Part shown: in pieces, positions 53,443 through 63,064 of the stretch | Position numbering within the stretch: the first letter of the stretch is position 1 | Layout: each line of letters begins with the position of its first letter | Origin: Gemmatimonadota bacterium | Lineage (GTDB): Bacteria; Gemmatimonadota; Gemmatimonadetes; Gemmatimonadales; GWC2-71-9 | Assembly (NCBI GenBank): GCA_036679645.1 | Contig: JAZDCY010000035.1 | Location: forward strand, 1-64,000 | Length of the DNA stretch: 64,000 nt | Direction: 5' to 3' | Translations under genes and position numbers: made by a program | The notes under the pieces: generated by a model | Database searches by the model: none | Told to the model about the DNA's origin: nothing | Seen by the model: only the letters and a program-made list of their open reading frames with translations

Positions 53443-54511
53443 CGCGGCATGCGGCGCCGCCGCACGACGCGCTCCGTCTTCCGACCCGGCACAATGGGTC
53501 AGCTACCTGGGTAACCCGCGGCACGCCACGTCTGCCAACGAGCACCTCGCGGCAGAACTCGTCCCGTCCTGGCACGTATCGATAGGCAAGGCCGCTTCCG
53601 GCCCGCCCGCCATCGGGGACGAAGTGGTGGTCATCCTGGGTTTTAATCGCGCGCTGCAGCTCTTCGACCGACAGAGCGGAGCGCGTGCGTGGCGCGTGCG
53701 CCTCAACACCGCCGGCGTCGGTGGGCCGCTGCTTGCGGGAGACCGCATCTATGCGGCGACCGGCGGCCGTGAGGGCCGCGTGTACGCCCTGCGGCTCGCC
53801 AACGGCTCCCGTATCTGGCGTCGCGACATCGGGGCCGTGAGCCCACCCATCGCGACCGCGACCGATCGCGTCCTCGCCGTTACGGAAACGGGACGCGTTG
53901 TGGGACTCGACGCCACTGACGGCGAGGTTGTCTGGCGCCAACGCCTCGGCGGCCCGGTTCGCGCGGGCGTCATGGTGGTGGGCACCCGCGCCATCGTCGC
54001 CACGGACGACTCGATCTTCGTGCTCGCACCCGCTGACGGCGAGATCCTCACTCGGGCATCCCTGCCGGGCGCGCTCATTGCCCCGCCCGCCGCGGTCGGA
54101 GACACCCTTATCCTCGCCTCGGCCGGTGGGTTCATCGCGGCCATGTCAGTCCCCGACCTGGAGATGCTCTGGCGTGTCGAATTGGACGACCCCGTCTTTG
54201 CGAGCCCTGCGGTGGCGCGGGACACGATCGTCGTCGTGACGCTCACGGGGAAGCTGTGGCACATCCCGGTCGCCGACCCGGAGTCGAGGCGCGTATTAGA
54301 CTTGGAGGCGCCGGTGCGCGCCGCTCCGGCACCCATTGCCAACGGGGTGCTCGTCGGAACGATTCAGGGCGAGGTCCTATTCGTCCCGGCGGGAGGCGGC
54401 AGCGCCGTCACGCGCGTTCGTGTCGAGGGACCGATCGAACAGCAGCCCATCGTGCGTGACGGGACACTCTTTGTCGTAGACGGCGTTGGAGGGATGCACG
54501 CGTGGAAATAG
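53414..54511 (+). CDS. PQQ-type beta-propeller (BamB-like) putative lipoprotein
   Basis: Repeated ALxxxxGxxxWR blades; NAAC possible lipobox; start uncertain. Confidence 0.75.
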   Translation: MLAIALGGVNAACGAAARRAPSSDPAQWVSYLGNPRHATSANEHLAAELVPSWHVSIGKAASGPPAIGDEVVVILGFNRALQLFDRQSGARAWRVRLNTAGVGGPLLAGDRIYAATGGREGRVYALRLANGSRIWRRDIGAVSPPIATATDRVLAVTETGRVVGLDATDGEVVWRQRLGGPVRAGVMVVGTRAIVATDDSIFVLAPADGEILTRASLPGALIAPPAAVGDTLILASAGGFIAAMSVPDLEMLWRVELDDPVFASPAVARDTIVVVTLTGKLWHIPVADPESRRVLDLEAPVRAAPAPIANGVLVGTIQGEVLFVPAGGGSAVTRVRVEGPIEQQPIVRDGTLFVVDGVGGMHAWK

Positions 54512-55050
54512 CGGACAAGTACAGAAGGTTTCGCGCGTTGCGCACACGACCGTCATGGAGCCGTACGGCGGCGACAAGCGCCCTCGTGTTCCTTGCGGCC
54601 ACGCTCCCCCTCTCCTCGTCCGCCACGGCACAACAGCCTCCCGACACGCAGACCCACCGTCCATGGGTGATTTCGTTTGCCCAGTGGGCAAAATGGGGCA
54701 CGTTGGCGTCTGCCGTAGGGCTCGCCGCGGTCGCGATCTTTCGCAACGACGACGCCAACGAAGTGTTCCGCGGCCTGAACCGGTTCTGTGCCGCCGCGCC
54801 CGATGCGTGTTTCCTGGGTGATGACGGCCGATACGTCGATGCGAGCGCCGAGATCCTCTACGACGAAACCCTGCGGATCGATCGTCAGGCCCGGGCGTGG
54901 ATGGTGGCCGGCCAGGTGGTGCTCGCCGCCTCGGGTGTCCTCTTTTTGGTCGACCTGGTCACCGGTGACGACGGACCGAGGAACATCCCCTTCGCGCCGC
55001 TCGAAGTGTTCACGACCGGGCACCACACCGGGTTCCGCGTCCGCTTCTAG
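54502..55050 (+). CDS. Hypothetical membrane/secreted protein
   Basis: Signal-like segment and two hydrophobic helices; co-oriented and overlaps the upstream stop. Confidence 0.55.
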   Translation: MEIADKYRRFRALRTRPSWSRTAATSALVFLAATLPLSSSATAQQPPDTQTHRPWVISFAQWAKWGTLASAVGLAAVAIFRNDDANEVFRGLNRFCAAAPDACFLGDDGRYVDASAEILYDETLRIDRQARAWMVAGQVVLAASGVLFLVDLVTGDDGPRNIPFAPLEVFTTGHHTGFRVRF

Positions 55051-55086
55051 TCGGGCGGAGCGCCCACAAACACAGGAGCAGTCTCG

Positions 55087-55419
55087 ATGTCGAGTTCTCT
55101 CGCCGACAAACAGTGTGTGCCCTGCCGCGGCGGCGTACCGCCGCTAGCAGGCGCGGAGCGCGATCGGCTCCTCGCAGAGTTGGGTGGCAACTGGCAGGTG
55201 CAGGACGATCATCATCTGTACAAGGAGTTCCGGTTCGAGGATTTCCAGACCGCGCTCGACTTCACGAACCGGGTTGGTGCGGTGGCAGAGGCACAGGGCC
55301 ACCACCCGGACATTTTTCTCTCGTGGGGCAAGGTGGGGATCAAGATCTGGACTCACGCGATCGACGGACTCACGGAGAGCGACTTCATTTTCGCGGCAAA
55401 GGCGGACGCGATCGATTAA
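55087..55419 (+). CDS. phhB: Pterin-4-alpha-carbinolamine dehydratase
   Basis: CVPCRGG, AEAQGHHPDI, WTHAIDGLTESDFIFAAK. Confidence 0.92.
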   Translation: MSSSLADKQCVPCRGGVPPLAGAERDRLLAELGGNWQVQDDHHLYKEFRFEDFQTALDFTNRVGAVAEAQGHHPDIFLSWGKVGIKIWTHAIDGLTESDFIFAAKADAID

Positions 55420-55514
55420 GGCATATCTCGGCGCTCTCCGCGTTCTATCGGTAATTCATCTCCGCTCTTCGAGCGCCAGCAGGGATTTCGGACATGACGT
55501 GGGTTGCGCAGAGC

Positions 55515-55558
55515 TTGTCGGGCGTGGAGTATGGCCATATGTTTGAGTATGGCCATAC
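55515..55558 (+). promoter_or_regulatory. Toxin-antitoxin promoter with two TATGGCCATA palindromes
   Basis: TTGTCG-17-TATGTT; palindromes at 55530-55539 and 55547-55558. Confidence 0.7.
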
Positions 55559-55824
55559 CTCGCGTGAAGTCGACTTACTCGCTTGATCTCGAAACCGCGG
55601 CGGCGCTAGACGACCTGGCGCGCCGCTGGGGCGTATCTAAGTCGGAGGTGCTGCATCGTGCCATCCGGGCGGCGGCAAAGGCCGAGGAGCGTGGCGCCGG
55701 TGGTCCGGTCGGCGCACTCGATGCGCTGCAGGCGTCGGCGCACCTGACGCGTGCGACGGCGGACGCGTGGGTCCGTGAGGTCAGGGCCGAGCGGCAAGCG
55801 ACCGCCCGCAAGGGGAGGCAGTGA
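55549..55824 (+). CDS. Ribbon-helix-helix (CopG-like) antitoxin
   Basis: KSTYSLD..LDDLARRWGVSKSEVLHRAI; GTGA overlap with the PIN gene. Confidence 0.82.
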   Translation: MAIPRVKSTYSLDLETAAALDDLARRWGVSKSEVLHRAIRAAAKAEERGAGGPVGALDALQASAHLTRATADAWVREVRAERQATARKGRQ

Positions 55825-56201
55825 TTCATCTGGACACGAGCTTTCTGATTCGCGCGTTGGTAGCGGGGTCGGGGGAAGACCGCCGTCTGCGGAGCTGGCT
55901 CGAGCGGAGGATCCCGTTGGCGGTGAGCGCCATCGCGTGGGCTGAATTCTTGTGCGGGCCGATCTCCTCGGCCCAGCAGACGCTCGGCGCCCGGGTGGTG
56001 GGCGCGCCGGTGTCCTTCGGTGCCTTGGACGCCCGCCTCGCCGCGTCGCTGTTCAACGGGAGCGGCCGCCGCCGCGGGACGCTCGCTGACTGCATGATCG
56101 CCGCGGTCGCCATCCGGGCCGAAGCACAGCTCGCGACTGCAGATCCCAGAGGTTTCGCAGGATTCCAGGCGGAGGGGCTCGACCTAGCGACTGACGAATA
56201 G
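55821..56201 (+). CDS. vapC: PIN-domain (VapC-like) toxin
   Basis: HLDTSFLI, AWAEF, DCMIAAVA, LATAD. Confidence 0.88.
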   Translation: MIHLDTSFLIRALVAGSGEDRRLRSWLERRIPLAVSAIAWAEFLCGPISSAQQTLGARVVGAPVSFGALDARLAASLFNGSGRRRGTLADCMIAAVAIRAEAQLATADPRGFAGFQAEGLDLATDE

Positions 56202-56287
56202 CTCCCCGCACATCCGTTCCGCCACTCCTATTCCAGATCGCAGTTCGGAGAAGGGCTAATGGCGATCTGCGATGGCCCAGCCTTCAC

Positions 56288-58390
56288 TCACCCGACACGA
56301 AACAGCTCCACGCCCCGCTCATAGCGACGCTCGATCCGCTTCCGAAGCGGACGGTGCTCCGATAGCTCCAGGCCGGGATCGCGGTCCAGCACGCGTCTCG
56401 CCTCGCGCCGCGCGATCCGGATGAGAGCGGCGTCAGTCGCAAAGTCCGTGAACCGCAGCGCAATGCCACCCGACTGGCGCGCGCCAGCCAGTTCACCCAT
56501 GCCGCGCTCCCTGAGATCCATCTCGGCGATTTTGAAACCGTCGGTCGTGCGCGCGAAGCTGCGCACCCGATCCCGTGCCTCCCAGGCGTCGGTCAGGAGA
56601 ATGCAGTGGCTCTCTGCGGCGCCCCGCCCCACTCGGCCACGCAGCTGATGGAGTTGGGCGAGGCCAAACCGCTCGGGGTGCTCGATCAGCATCACCGTGG
56701 CATTCGGAACGTCGATACCCACCTCGATAACCGTCGTCGCCACGAGCACATCGAGCGCGCCGTCGCGAAACCGGCGCATCACGTCGTCGCGGTCGTCGGC
56801 CGGCATGCGGCCGTGCACAAGATCGACACTGGCCGGCGCGAGCGTCTTGGCCAGCTCAGCGGCCATCTTGGTTGCCGCCCGCAGATCGAGTTGCTCCGAT
56901 TCGTCAATCACAGGATAAACCACGTATGCCTGGCGGCCACCTGCGCACTGGTCGCGCAGAAAGCCATAGACCTGCGCGCGGTCTTTCCCCGTGCGGACGC
57001 CCGTCTTCACCGGTGTGCGGCCCGGGGGCTTGTCCTTCAGCGCCGAAATATCGAGATCGCCGTAGAGGGTCAGGGCGAGCGTCCGCGGAATCGGTGTCGC
57101 CGATAACAGCAGGACATCGGGTGCCTCACCCTTCTCGATGAGCGCGGCACGTTGCTCCACACCAAACCGGTGTTGCTCGTCAATCACCACCAGTCCTAGA
57201 CGCTGGAACGCGGTGGTCTCCTGGATCAACGCGTGCGTGCCCACGACGAGTGCCGCTTCACCTGCGGCGATGCGCTCCCGCGCTGCGCGCTTAGCTGCGC
57301 CGCCCTGCTTCCCGAGCAGCAGTGTGGGCTCGAGACCGAGCGGCTCGAGCAGATCCGTGAGCGTGCGCGCGTGCTGCTCGGCGAGCAGCTCGGTGGGAGC
57401 CATCAGAACAGCCTGGTACTCGTTCTCAAGCGCGAGCAACATCGCAAAGAGTGCAACGACCGTCTTCCCCGCCCCGACATCACCCATGAGCAATCGGTGC
57501 ATGCGCGCATCCGACGTCATATCCGCGGTGATCTCGCGGACCGCCTTCTTCTGGCCGGCGGTGAGCGCAAAGGGCAGTGCGTCTTTCAACGCTGTAGTGA
57601 GACGTTTGTGGTTGACGAACTGCGCGCCGCGGCGGGCGTGTTTAGCGAGATGGCGGGCACGGGCCACGACGAGCTGCAAGTCGAACAGCTCATCGAAGGC
57701 GAGACGGCGGCGGCCGGCTTCCCCTGGCCTCGACTCGTCCTGGCCGGCTCCGGCGCGAGCGGGGCCGGGACGGTGGAGCACATCAAATGCCTCGCGCAGC
57801 CCCACGACCTTGGCAGCTGCGCGTATGCGATCGGGCAGAATGTCCTCGACCGTTTGCAGTATTGCGTCCAGGTTCAGCGAGACGATCCGTCGAATCACGC
57901 GGTGGCTCAGGCCTTCTGTCGCCGGATAGACGGGAATGACGATGCCCTCTCCATCCGCTTCGCCACCACTTTCTTCGCCCTCGTCCAGGATGATCTGCTC
58001 GCGCGGTGAGAGCTGCCGCCCATGGTAGTGCTTCACCGGACCGGTCACGAGCAGCAACTGTCCGACCTTGATCGTCCGATCGAGAAACGCCTGACCCGGC
58101 CAGGCACACTCGATGACCCCGGACCCGTCGCGCAGGATCACTCGGAAAATGCGCAGCCGGCGTCGAGTCGGCAGCACGCCCTTCGAGACGACGCGCCCGA
58201 CCACGGTCACATCCGACCCGACTGTCGCCTGCGCTATGGGCGTGATCGCCGACGCATCGATGTAGCGGTGCGGAGTGTGATAGAGAAGATCCTCGACCGT
58301 GCGCACGTCCATGCGCGCAAACACCTCGGCCCGGCGTGGTCCCACCGACTTGAGGAACTGAACGGAGGTGTCGAGGCGGATCGCCATCAC
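56288..58390 (-). CDS. recG: ATP-dependent DNA helicase RecG
   Basis: Wedge domain, GDVGAGKT, DEQHRFG, SATPIPR, QLHQLRGRVGRG. Confidence 0.96.
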   Translation of the reverse strand: MMAIRLDTSVQFLKSVGPRRAEVFARMDVRTVEDLLYHTPHRYIDASAITPIAQATVGSDVTVVGRVVSKGVLPTRRRLRIFRVILRDGSGVIECAWPGQAFLDRTIKVGQLLLVTGPVKHYHGRQLSPREQIILDEGEESGGEADGEGIVIPVYPATEGLSHRVIRRIVSLNLDAILQTVEDILPDRIRAAAKVVGLREAFDVLHRPGPARAGAGQDESRPGEAGRRRLAFDELFDLQLVVARARHLAKHARRGAQFVNHKRLTTALKDALPFALTAGQKKAVREITADMTSDARMHRLLMGDVGAGKTVVALFAMLLALENEYQAVLMAPTELLAEQHARTLTDLLEPLGLEPTLLLGKQGGAAKRAARERIAAGEAALVVGTHALIQETTAFQRLGLVVIDEQHRFGVEQRAALIEKGEAPDVLLLSATPIPRTLALTLYGDLDISALKDKPPGRTPVKTGVRTGKDRAQVYGFLRDQCAGGRQAYVVYPVIDESEQLDLRAATKMAAELAKTLAPASVDLVHGRMPADDRDDVMRRFRDGALDVLVATTVIEVGIDVPNATVMLIEHPERFGLAQLHQLRGRVGRGAAESHCILLTDAWEARDRVRSFARTTDGFKIAEMDLRERGMGELAGARQSGGIALRFTDFATDAALIRIARREARRVLDRDPGLELSEHRPLRKRIERRYERGVELFRVG

Positions 58391-59280
58391 CCCGCGAGGA
58401 CGCGATCGGCAAACCGCACCGGATCGAAGGCCTCGAGATCGTCGAGGCCTTCACCCACACCGACGAACCTGATGGGTACACCCAGCTCACGACCGATCGA
58501 CGCCGCCGCCCCACCCTTGGCGGTTCCGTCGAGTTTGGTGATGATCAGCCCCGTCACCGGGACCGCCTCGATGAACGATCGCCCCTGCTGGATGGCATTC
58601 TGCCCCACCGTCCCGTCCAGCACGAGGAAAGACTCGTGGGGAGCACCCGGACACCGTCGCTCGATGACGCGCACAACTTTGCGTAACTCATCCATCAGAT
58701 CGCCGTGTGTGTGCAGCCGACCTGCGGTATCGACAAGGGCCACATCAATCTCGCGCGCCTGTGCGGCGGTAACGGCATCGAACGCGACTGCCGCCGGATC
58801 GCCTCGCGCGGTTCCCACCACACAGGGAACGTCGAGCCGCCGGGCCCAGACTTGCAGTTGCTCACTCGCGCCCGCGCGGTACGTATCCGCCGCGGCCAAC
58901 AGCACGCGCTTCCCCTCACCGATCAGACGGTGCGCGAGTTTCGCGATCTGCGTCGTCTTGCCCACGCCGTTCACCCCCAGCACCACGATCACCGCCGGAG
59001 GTGTGGTGCCGAGGTTCAGTCCGTCCGGTGCTCCTACTTGCGTGAACTGTTCCGCTATCTGGTCGCGCAGCCAGTCACGCATGGCAGCCTCCGAGCGCAG
59101 ATCACCGCGACGCAGTTTGTCGTGCAGCGATTCGGTGAGGTCGAAGGCGGCGGCACCAAAATCCGCTTCGACCAAGACGCGCTCCACCCGATCGAGCGCA
59201 TCGCGATCCAGCCCTTTGGCCAGCACGGCAACATCGGTGAGGGCCAGTCGCTTGATCTTGGACCAGACCCCACCGCTCAC
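58387..59280 (-). CDS. ftsY: SRP receptor FtsY (short NG-only form)
   Basis: GVNGVGKTT, DTYRA, DTAGR, TKLDGTAKGG; GTG 59280 overlaps the upstream stop. Confidence 0.94.
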   Translation of the reverse strand: MSGGVWSKIKRLALTDVAVLAKGLDRDALDRVERVLVEADFGAAAFDLTESLHDKLRRGDLRSEAAMRDWLRDQIAEQFTQVGAPDGLNLGTTPPAVIVVLGVNGVGKTTQIAKLAHRLIGEGKRVLLAAADTYRAGASEQLQVWARRLDVPCVVGTARGDPAAVAFDAVTAAQAREIDVALVDTAGRLHTHGDLMDELRKVVRVIERRCPGAPHESFLVLDGTVGQNAIQQGRSFIEAVPVTGLIITKLDGTAKGGAAASIGRELGVPIRFVGVGEGLDDLEAFDPVRFADRVLAG

Positions 59281-61097
59281 GGAAGCCCCCGGCGCGTGCG
59301 CCATGCCCACTCGCCAACCAGCGCCGCGACGGCAAGCACATACACCCACCAGAATTCCCGCGCGTTGCGGAGCAGCGTGTACCCGCTACCCGCCGCAGCG
59401 GACGCAGCAACCGTCACGGGACCGGGCGGATACTCGTCGGAGAACGCCTCTACGACCGTCATCCCCTGTGCGCCGGATCTCCCGTCGATGCGCCACCGAT
59501 ACACGCCCGGATCGAGACGTAGACTCGCACGCCGCTGGTCGTCGAACACCAGCGGGACGGCGTATGTGGAATCGGGTCCCGTCAACTGCACGAGCGGCTC
59601 CGCCGGCGGGTCTCCCGCCCACCAGCTGAACACGACGGGCACACCTCGCGGCACGACCGGTGTCGCCGTGACGGTAACCCCCGGGGCCGCGCCGGTACCG
59701 CCAAGCAGCCAATCAACCCCGGCGGCCAGGAGCGCACGGTATGCTTCCGCAGAGGCTCCACCCCGCAACGACCAGCGCCACAGACCGCCTGCGGCGATGG
59801 TCATCTCGCGGATCCCGGCGGAATCCCGACCGACGAGAACGGGCCGCTCGGCGCCGCGCCGCCCGAGGCGCCCCGATAACGCGATCCACTCGCCTTCAAC
59901 CGGAGCAATCGGCACGATGCCGGTGAGCGGCGGGAGCGAATCCCACTCGATTGCGCCCAGCAGCCCTCCCAACGGTGAGGCGGGAACGGTCCCAACCGGG
60001 TACCAATCGCCTGCCGTGAAGCGAACGGTCGCGCTCGCGCTGGGCCACCGCCATCGGGGCTGCCGGCTCGCAGTTGCGGGCCAGTCGCCACGGACGATGA
60101 GAAGCGCCGCACGCCGCGCGGCACGCCGCACCCGGTCGACCGTAACCGGCTCTAGCGACTGCATGTCGATCCACCGATCCTCGACAATTTGCGCAAAACC
60201 CCGAATCGTCGCCTCGGTGACGTCGCGCAGTGTCGTCATGAGAAACCGGCTCTCCCAGTCAGCGGGCCGGGCCACGAGAACGATTGCGGGAAGTGCGGAT
60301 ACGGTGACCATGCGCTCCCGCCGGTCGTCCGCCGGCTCCTGATCACCCGCCGTGTTGAGTGCGATGGACAGCACGTGTTTCCCCGCGTCCAGGGCACCCT
60401 GCGGAATGCGGAGGGTACGCCGCCCGACACCAGGTGGCGGCGGCAACCGAACGGATTCTCGCGCGATGACACGGCCCTCGTCGGTGATTTCGACCCATGC
60501 GGAATCCGTCGTCAACGCGCCCCACGTGCCAACTTCCAGCGTGACCGTGATCGAGTCCTCGACCCGCACGCGCTCCGGCAGCGCCGCATCGAGCAGCGCG
60601 GCGTTCGGCACTGTATCGCGGGGGAACACCACGACAGTGACGTTTTCGCGCAAAGCCGGTGGCAGCGCGTCGAAGTCGCTCAGCTCGCCATCGGTCAGGA
60701 GGTACACGGGGCCGCCCCGTCCAGCGGCCGCCTGGAGACCAGCCCGCGCCGTAGAGATACCTGCGGTAGGGGGGGACGAATCGAACGGGGCGACCCCGTC
60801 GCCGACACGAAGAATGACGCCACGGTCGCCGGCGATCGCCCTGGCGGAATCGCGCGCAGCGGCCCAGTGTCCTCCCTCCACCGAGAGAGAGAGAGAGGCA
60901 TCGAGTAACACGGTCGGTGGGCCGGCGTCCGCCGACCGCTCACCCATCGGATTCACCAACAGGATCAAGAGCGCGCCGAGGGCGGTCGTGCGCAACGCCG
61001 CCATCCCGACCCCCTGCACACCGAGCCGCTCCCGCACGAGGTATACGAACACGGCGCCGCCCGCCACGACGAGAGTCGCGACGATCACGCCAAACAT
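59277..61097 (-). CDS. Hypothetical membrane protein (vWA-like region, N- and C-terminal TMs)
   Basis: VLLDASLS..LLTDG MIDAS-like motif; EWAWRTRRGLP C-terminus. Confidence 0.6.
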   Translation of the reverse strand: MFGVIVATLVVAGGAVFVYLVRERLGVQGVGMAALRTTALGALLILLVNPMGERSADAGPPTVLLDASLSLSVEGGHWAAARDSARAIAGDRGVILRVGDGVAPFDSSPPTAGISTARAGLQAAAGRGGPVYLLTDGELSDFDALPPALRENVTVVVFPRDTVPNAALLDAALPERVRVEDSITVTLEVGTWGALTTDSAWVEITDEGRVIARESVRLPPPPGVGRRTLRIPQGALDAGKHVLSIALNTAGDQEPADDRRERMVTVSALPAIVLVARPADWESRFLMTTLRDVTEATIRGFAQIVEDRWIDMQSLEPVTVDRVRRAARRAALLIVRGDWPATASRQPRWRWPSASATVRFTAGDWYPVGTVPASPLGGLLGAIEWDSLPPLTGIVPIAPVEGEWIALSGRLGRRGAERPVLVGRDSAGIREMTIAAGGLWRWSLRGGASAEAYRALLAAGVDWLLGGTGAAPGVTVTATPVVPRGVPVVFSWWAGDPPAEPLVQLTGPDSTYAVPLVFDDQRRASLRLDPGVYRWRIDGRSGAQGMTVVEAFSDEYPPGPVTVAASAAAGSGYTLLRNAREFWWVYVLAVAALVGEWAWRTRRGLP

Positions 61098-61768
61098 GCC
61101 ATCGCCTCTTCCAGCGAAAAACGTCCATCGTGGATGGCCCGACCCACGAGGACGGCACCAATTCCCGCGGCATCCGCCCGCCGCAGCTCCTCGAGCGACG
61201 CAATCCCGCCTGCCAGTACCACCGACGCGCCGCGGCCGACCAGCGCGGTCGCCCCGGCGAGATCGGCGCCGTCTAGTTGACCGTCACGTGCCAGATCACG
61301 GTAGACGACGGTCCGCACCCCGGCCGCAACGGCGAGATCGACCAGCTCCGTCGGCGTCGTTTTGGGAGACTCACCACCCGTCCTGGCGGAGACCCTCCCG
61401 TCCCGCACGTCGATACCGGCCGCGAGACGGTCCGGACCGAACGTCGCTGCCAGCTCGTGCATGGTAGTCGCCACGGCGCTTGCGCCGATAACGACGCGAT
61501 CGATCCCCCATGCCAGCGCCTCGCCAATCGAGTCCGTGTCTCCTAGCCCGCCCCCGAGCTGCACGTGAACGCCATCGAGAGCAGCCACTCGCTGGACCGT
61601 GGGCGTGTTGTCTCCCCTTCCAAACACCCGATCCATGTCGACCACATGGATCCACGACACGCCGGCTGCCCGCAGGGCACGCGCTTCCGCAACCGGATCG
61701 CCGGAAGTCCCGCGCGAGCCGCGCGCGAGCTGTCCGCGCTCAATATCGATCGCCGGAAGAATCAGCAC
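61085..61768 (-). CDS. hisA: HisA/HisF-family TIM-barrel protein
   Basis: PAIDI, HVVDMD, QLGGG, RDGQLDG, LAGGI, VGRA. Confidence 0.7.
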   Translation of the reverse strand: MLILPAIDIERGQLARGSRGTSGDPVAEARALRAAGVSWIHVVDMDRVFGRGDNTPTVQRVAALDGVHVQLGGGLGDTDSIGEALAWGIDRVVIGASAVATTMHELAATFGPDRLAAGIDVRDGRVSARTGGESPKTTPTELVDLAVAAGVRTVVYRDLARDGQLDGADLAGATALVGRGASVVLAGGIASLEELRRADAAGIGAVLVGRAIHDGRFSLEEAMACLA

Positions 61769-61801
61769 GGCTATGTATACCCAGAAGGACAGCGGTGTGA
61801 T

Positions 61802-63064
61802 TCAGTCGACGCGCGAGACGGTGTCGCGCGCCGCGGGGTGCCCCATGAGACGGTCGAAGTAGGCTCGCACCGAGTCGAATGCGGCGCGCTGGGAGGACGG
61901 GACCGGGTCACCGCCGCCGAGATCGACGCGGCGCGGGTTCAGGTGCCGCCCATTCTTGATGAACTCGTAGTGGACGTGCGGCCCGTTGGCGACGCCAGTC
62001 ATTCCCACGTAGCCGATGATGTCCCCCTGCCTCACGCGAAGCCCGCGTCGAATGCCTCGCGCCAGCCGGCTCATGTGCGCGTAGCGCGTCTCGATCTGCT
62101 TGGGATGCCTAATGGAGACCATGATCCCGTACCCACCCCAACGGCCTGCCCGCGTGATCGAGCCATCTCCCGTCGCCTCGATAGGCGTGCCTGGATTCGC
62201 GGCGTAGTCGGTGCCGAGGTGCGCGCGCCGCGTCCGGAGCACCGGGTGATACCGGGATCGGCTGAAGTTCGATGAGATCCGGCGAAACCTCACCGGATAG
62301 ACCTTGAACGCCCGTCTCAGCGAGAGGGCGCCGGCATCGTAGTACGCATTGCTTCCGTCACTATCCTCCAGGACGTAGGCGGTGTTTTCCGACCCGCGGG
62401 TCTCTATGCTCGCCGCGACGACCCGCCCATAGCGCACTTCGCCCAGCGACGACGTGAGCCGCTCGTATAGCACGACGAAGGCATCACCTGGATAGAAGTC
62501 GCGCGTGAAATCGATCTGCCAGGCAAAGATGCCGTCAGCGAGGTCCCAGACGATCGCATCGCGCGCCACGGCCGGCAGAATGGAATCGGGAATGGCAGCG
62601 CGGATGTCGTCGTAGAGCGACGTCTCGATCGCCCCCGACACCCGCTCTGTGTGCACCGTCCACGTGACCACCTCGGTCTCGGGAGACCACACGCCGCCGG
62701 AGTCACGATCCAGCCGGAGGAAGGCGTCATCGCTCATCCGCACCCGTACCCGATCGGGCACCGGGTCGCCGATGGTGTATCGGAACTCGAAGACCGTGTT
62801 CGGCCGGACACGGCGAGGGTTGATACCGTCCATCTGGCTCAGCACGTCCAGGAACGTGCCGCCCACGATATGTTGCCGGGCGAACAGCTCCGAAAGCGTC
62901 TCGTTGCGGCGTACCGTGTCTGCGACCTCGATGAACGCACGCGTCACGACGATTGCCGGTGCCACGGGAAGACTATCGGACGACCAGGCACGCCCACCCA
63001 GCCATGCGAGGCTGCCGACCGCCAAGAGGCCGACCGCGACGAAACGCCACCCAGCCCGCACCAT
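61802..63064 (-). CDS. M23 metallopeptidase (MepM/Csd3-like)
   Basis: HLGTDY (HxxxD), YAHMS, GPHVHYE (HxH); N-terminal anchor. Confidence 0.9.
   Translation of the reverse strand: MVRAGWRFVAVGLLAVGSLAWLGGRAWSSDSLPVAPAIVVTRAFIEVADTVRRNETLSELFARQHIVGGTFLDVLSQMDGINPRRVRPNTVFEFRYTIGDPVPDRVRVRMSDDAFLRLDRDSGGVWSPETEVVTWTVHTERVSGAIETSLYDDIRAAIPDSILPAVARDAIVWDLADGIFAWQIDFTRDFYPGDAFVVLYERLTSSLGEVRYGRVVAASIETRGSENTAYVLEDSDGSNAYYDAGALSLRRAFKVYPVRFRRISSNFSRSRYHPVLRTRRAHLGTDYAANPGTPIEATGDGSITRAGRWGGYGIMVSIRHPKQIETRYAHMSRLARGIRRGLRVRQGDIIGYVGMTGVANGPHVHYEFIKNGRHLNPRRVDLGGGDPVPSSQRAAFDSVRAYFDRLMGHPAARDTVSRVD

Noticed and set aside
55420..56287. Toxin-antitoxin module as part of an IS or prophage
   Set aside because: No transposase, integrase, terminal inverted repeats or target-site duplication seen
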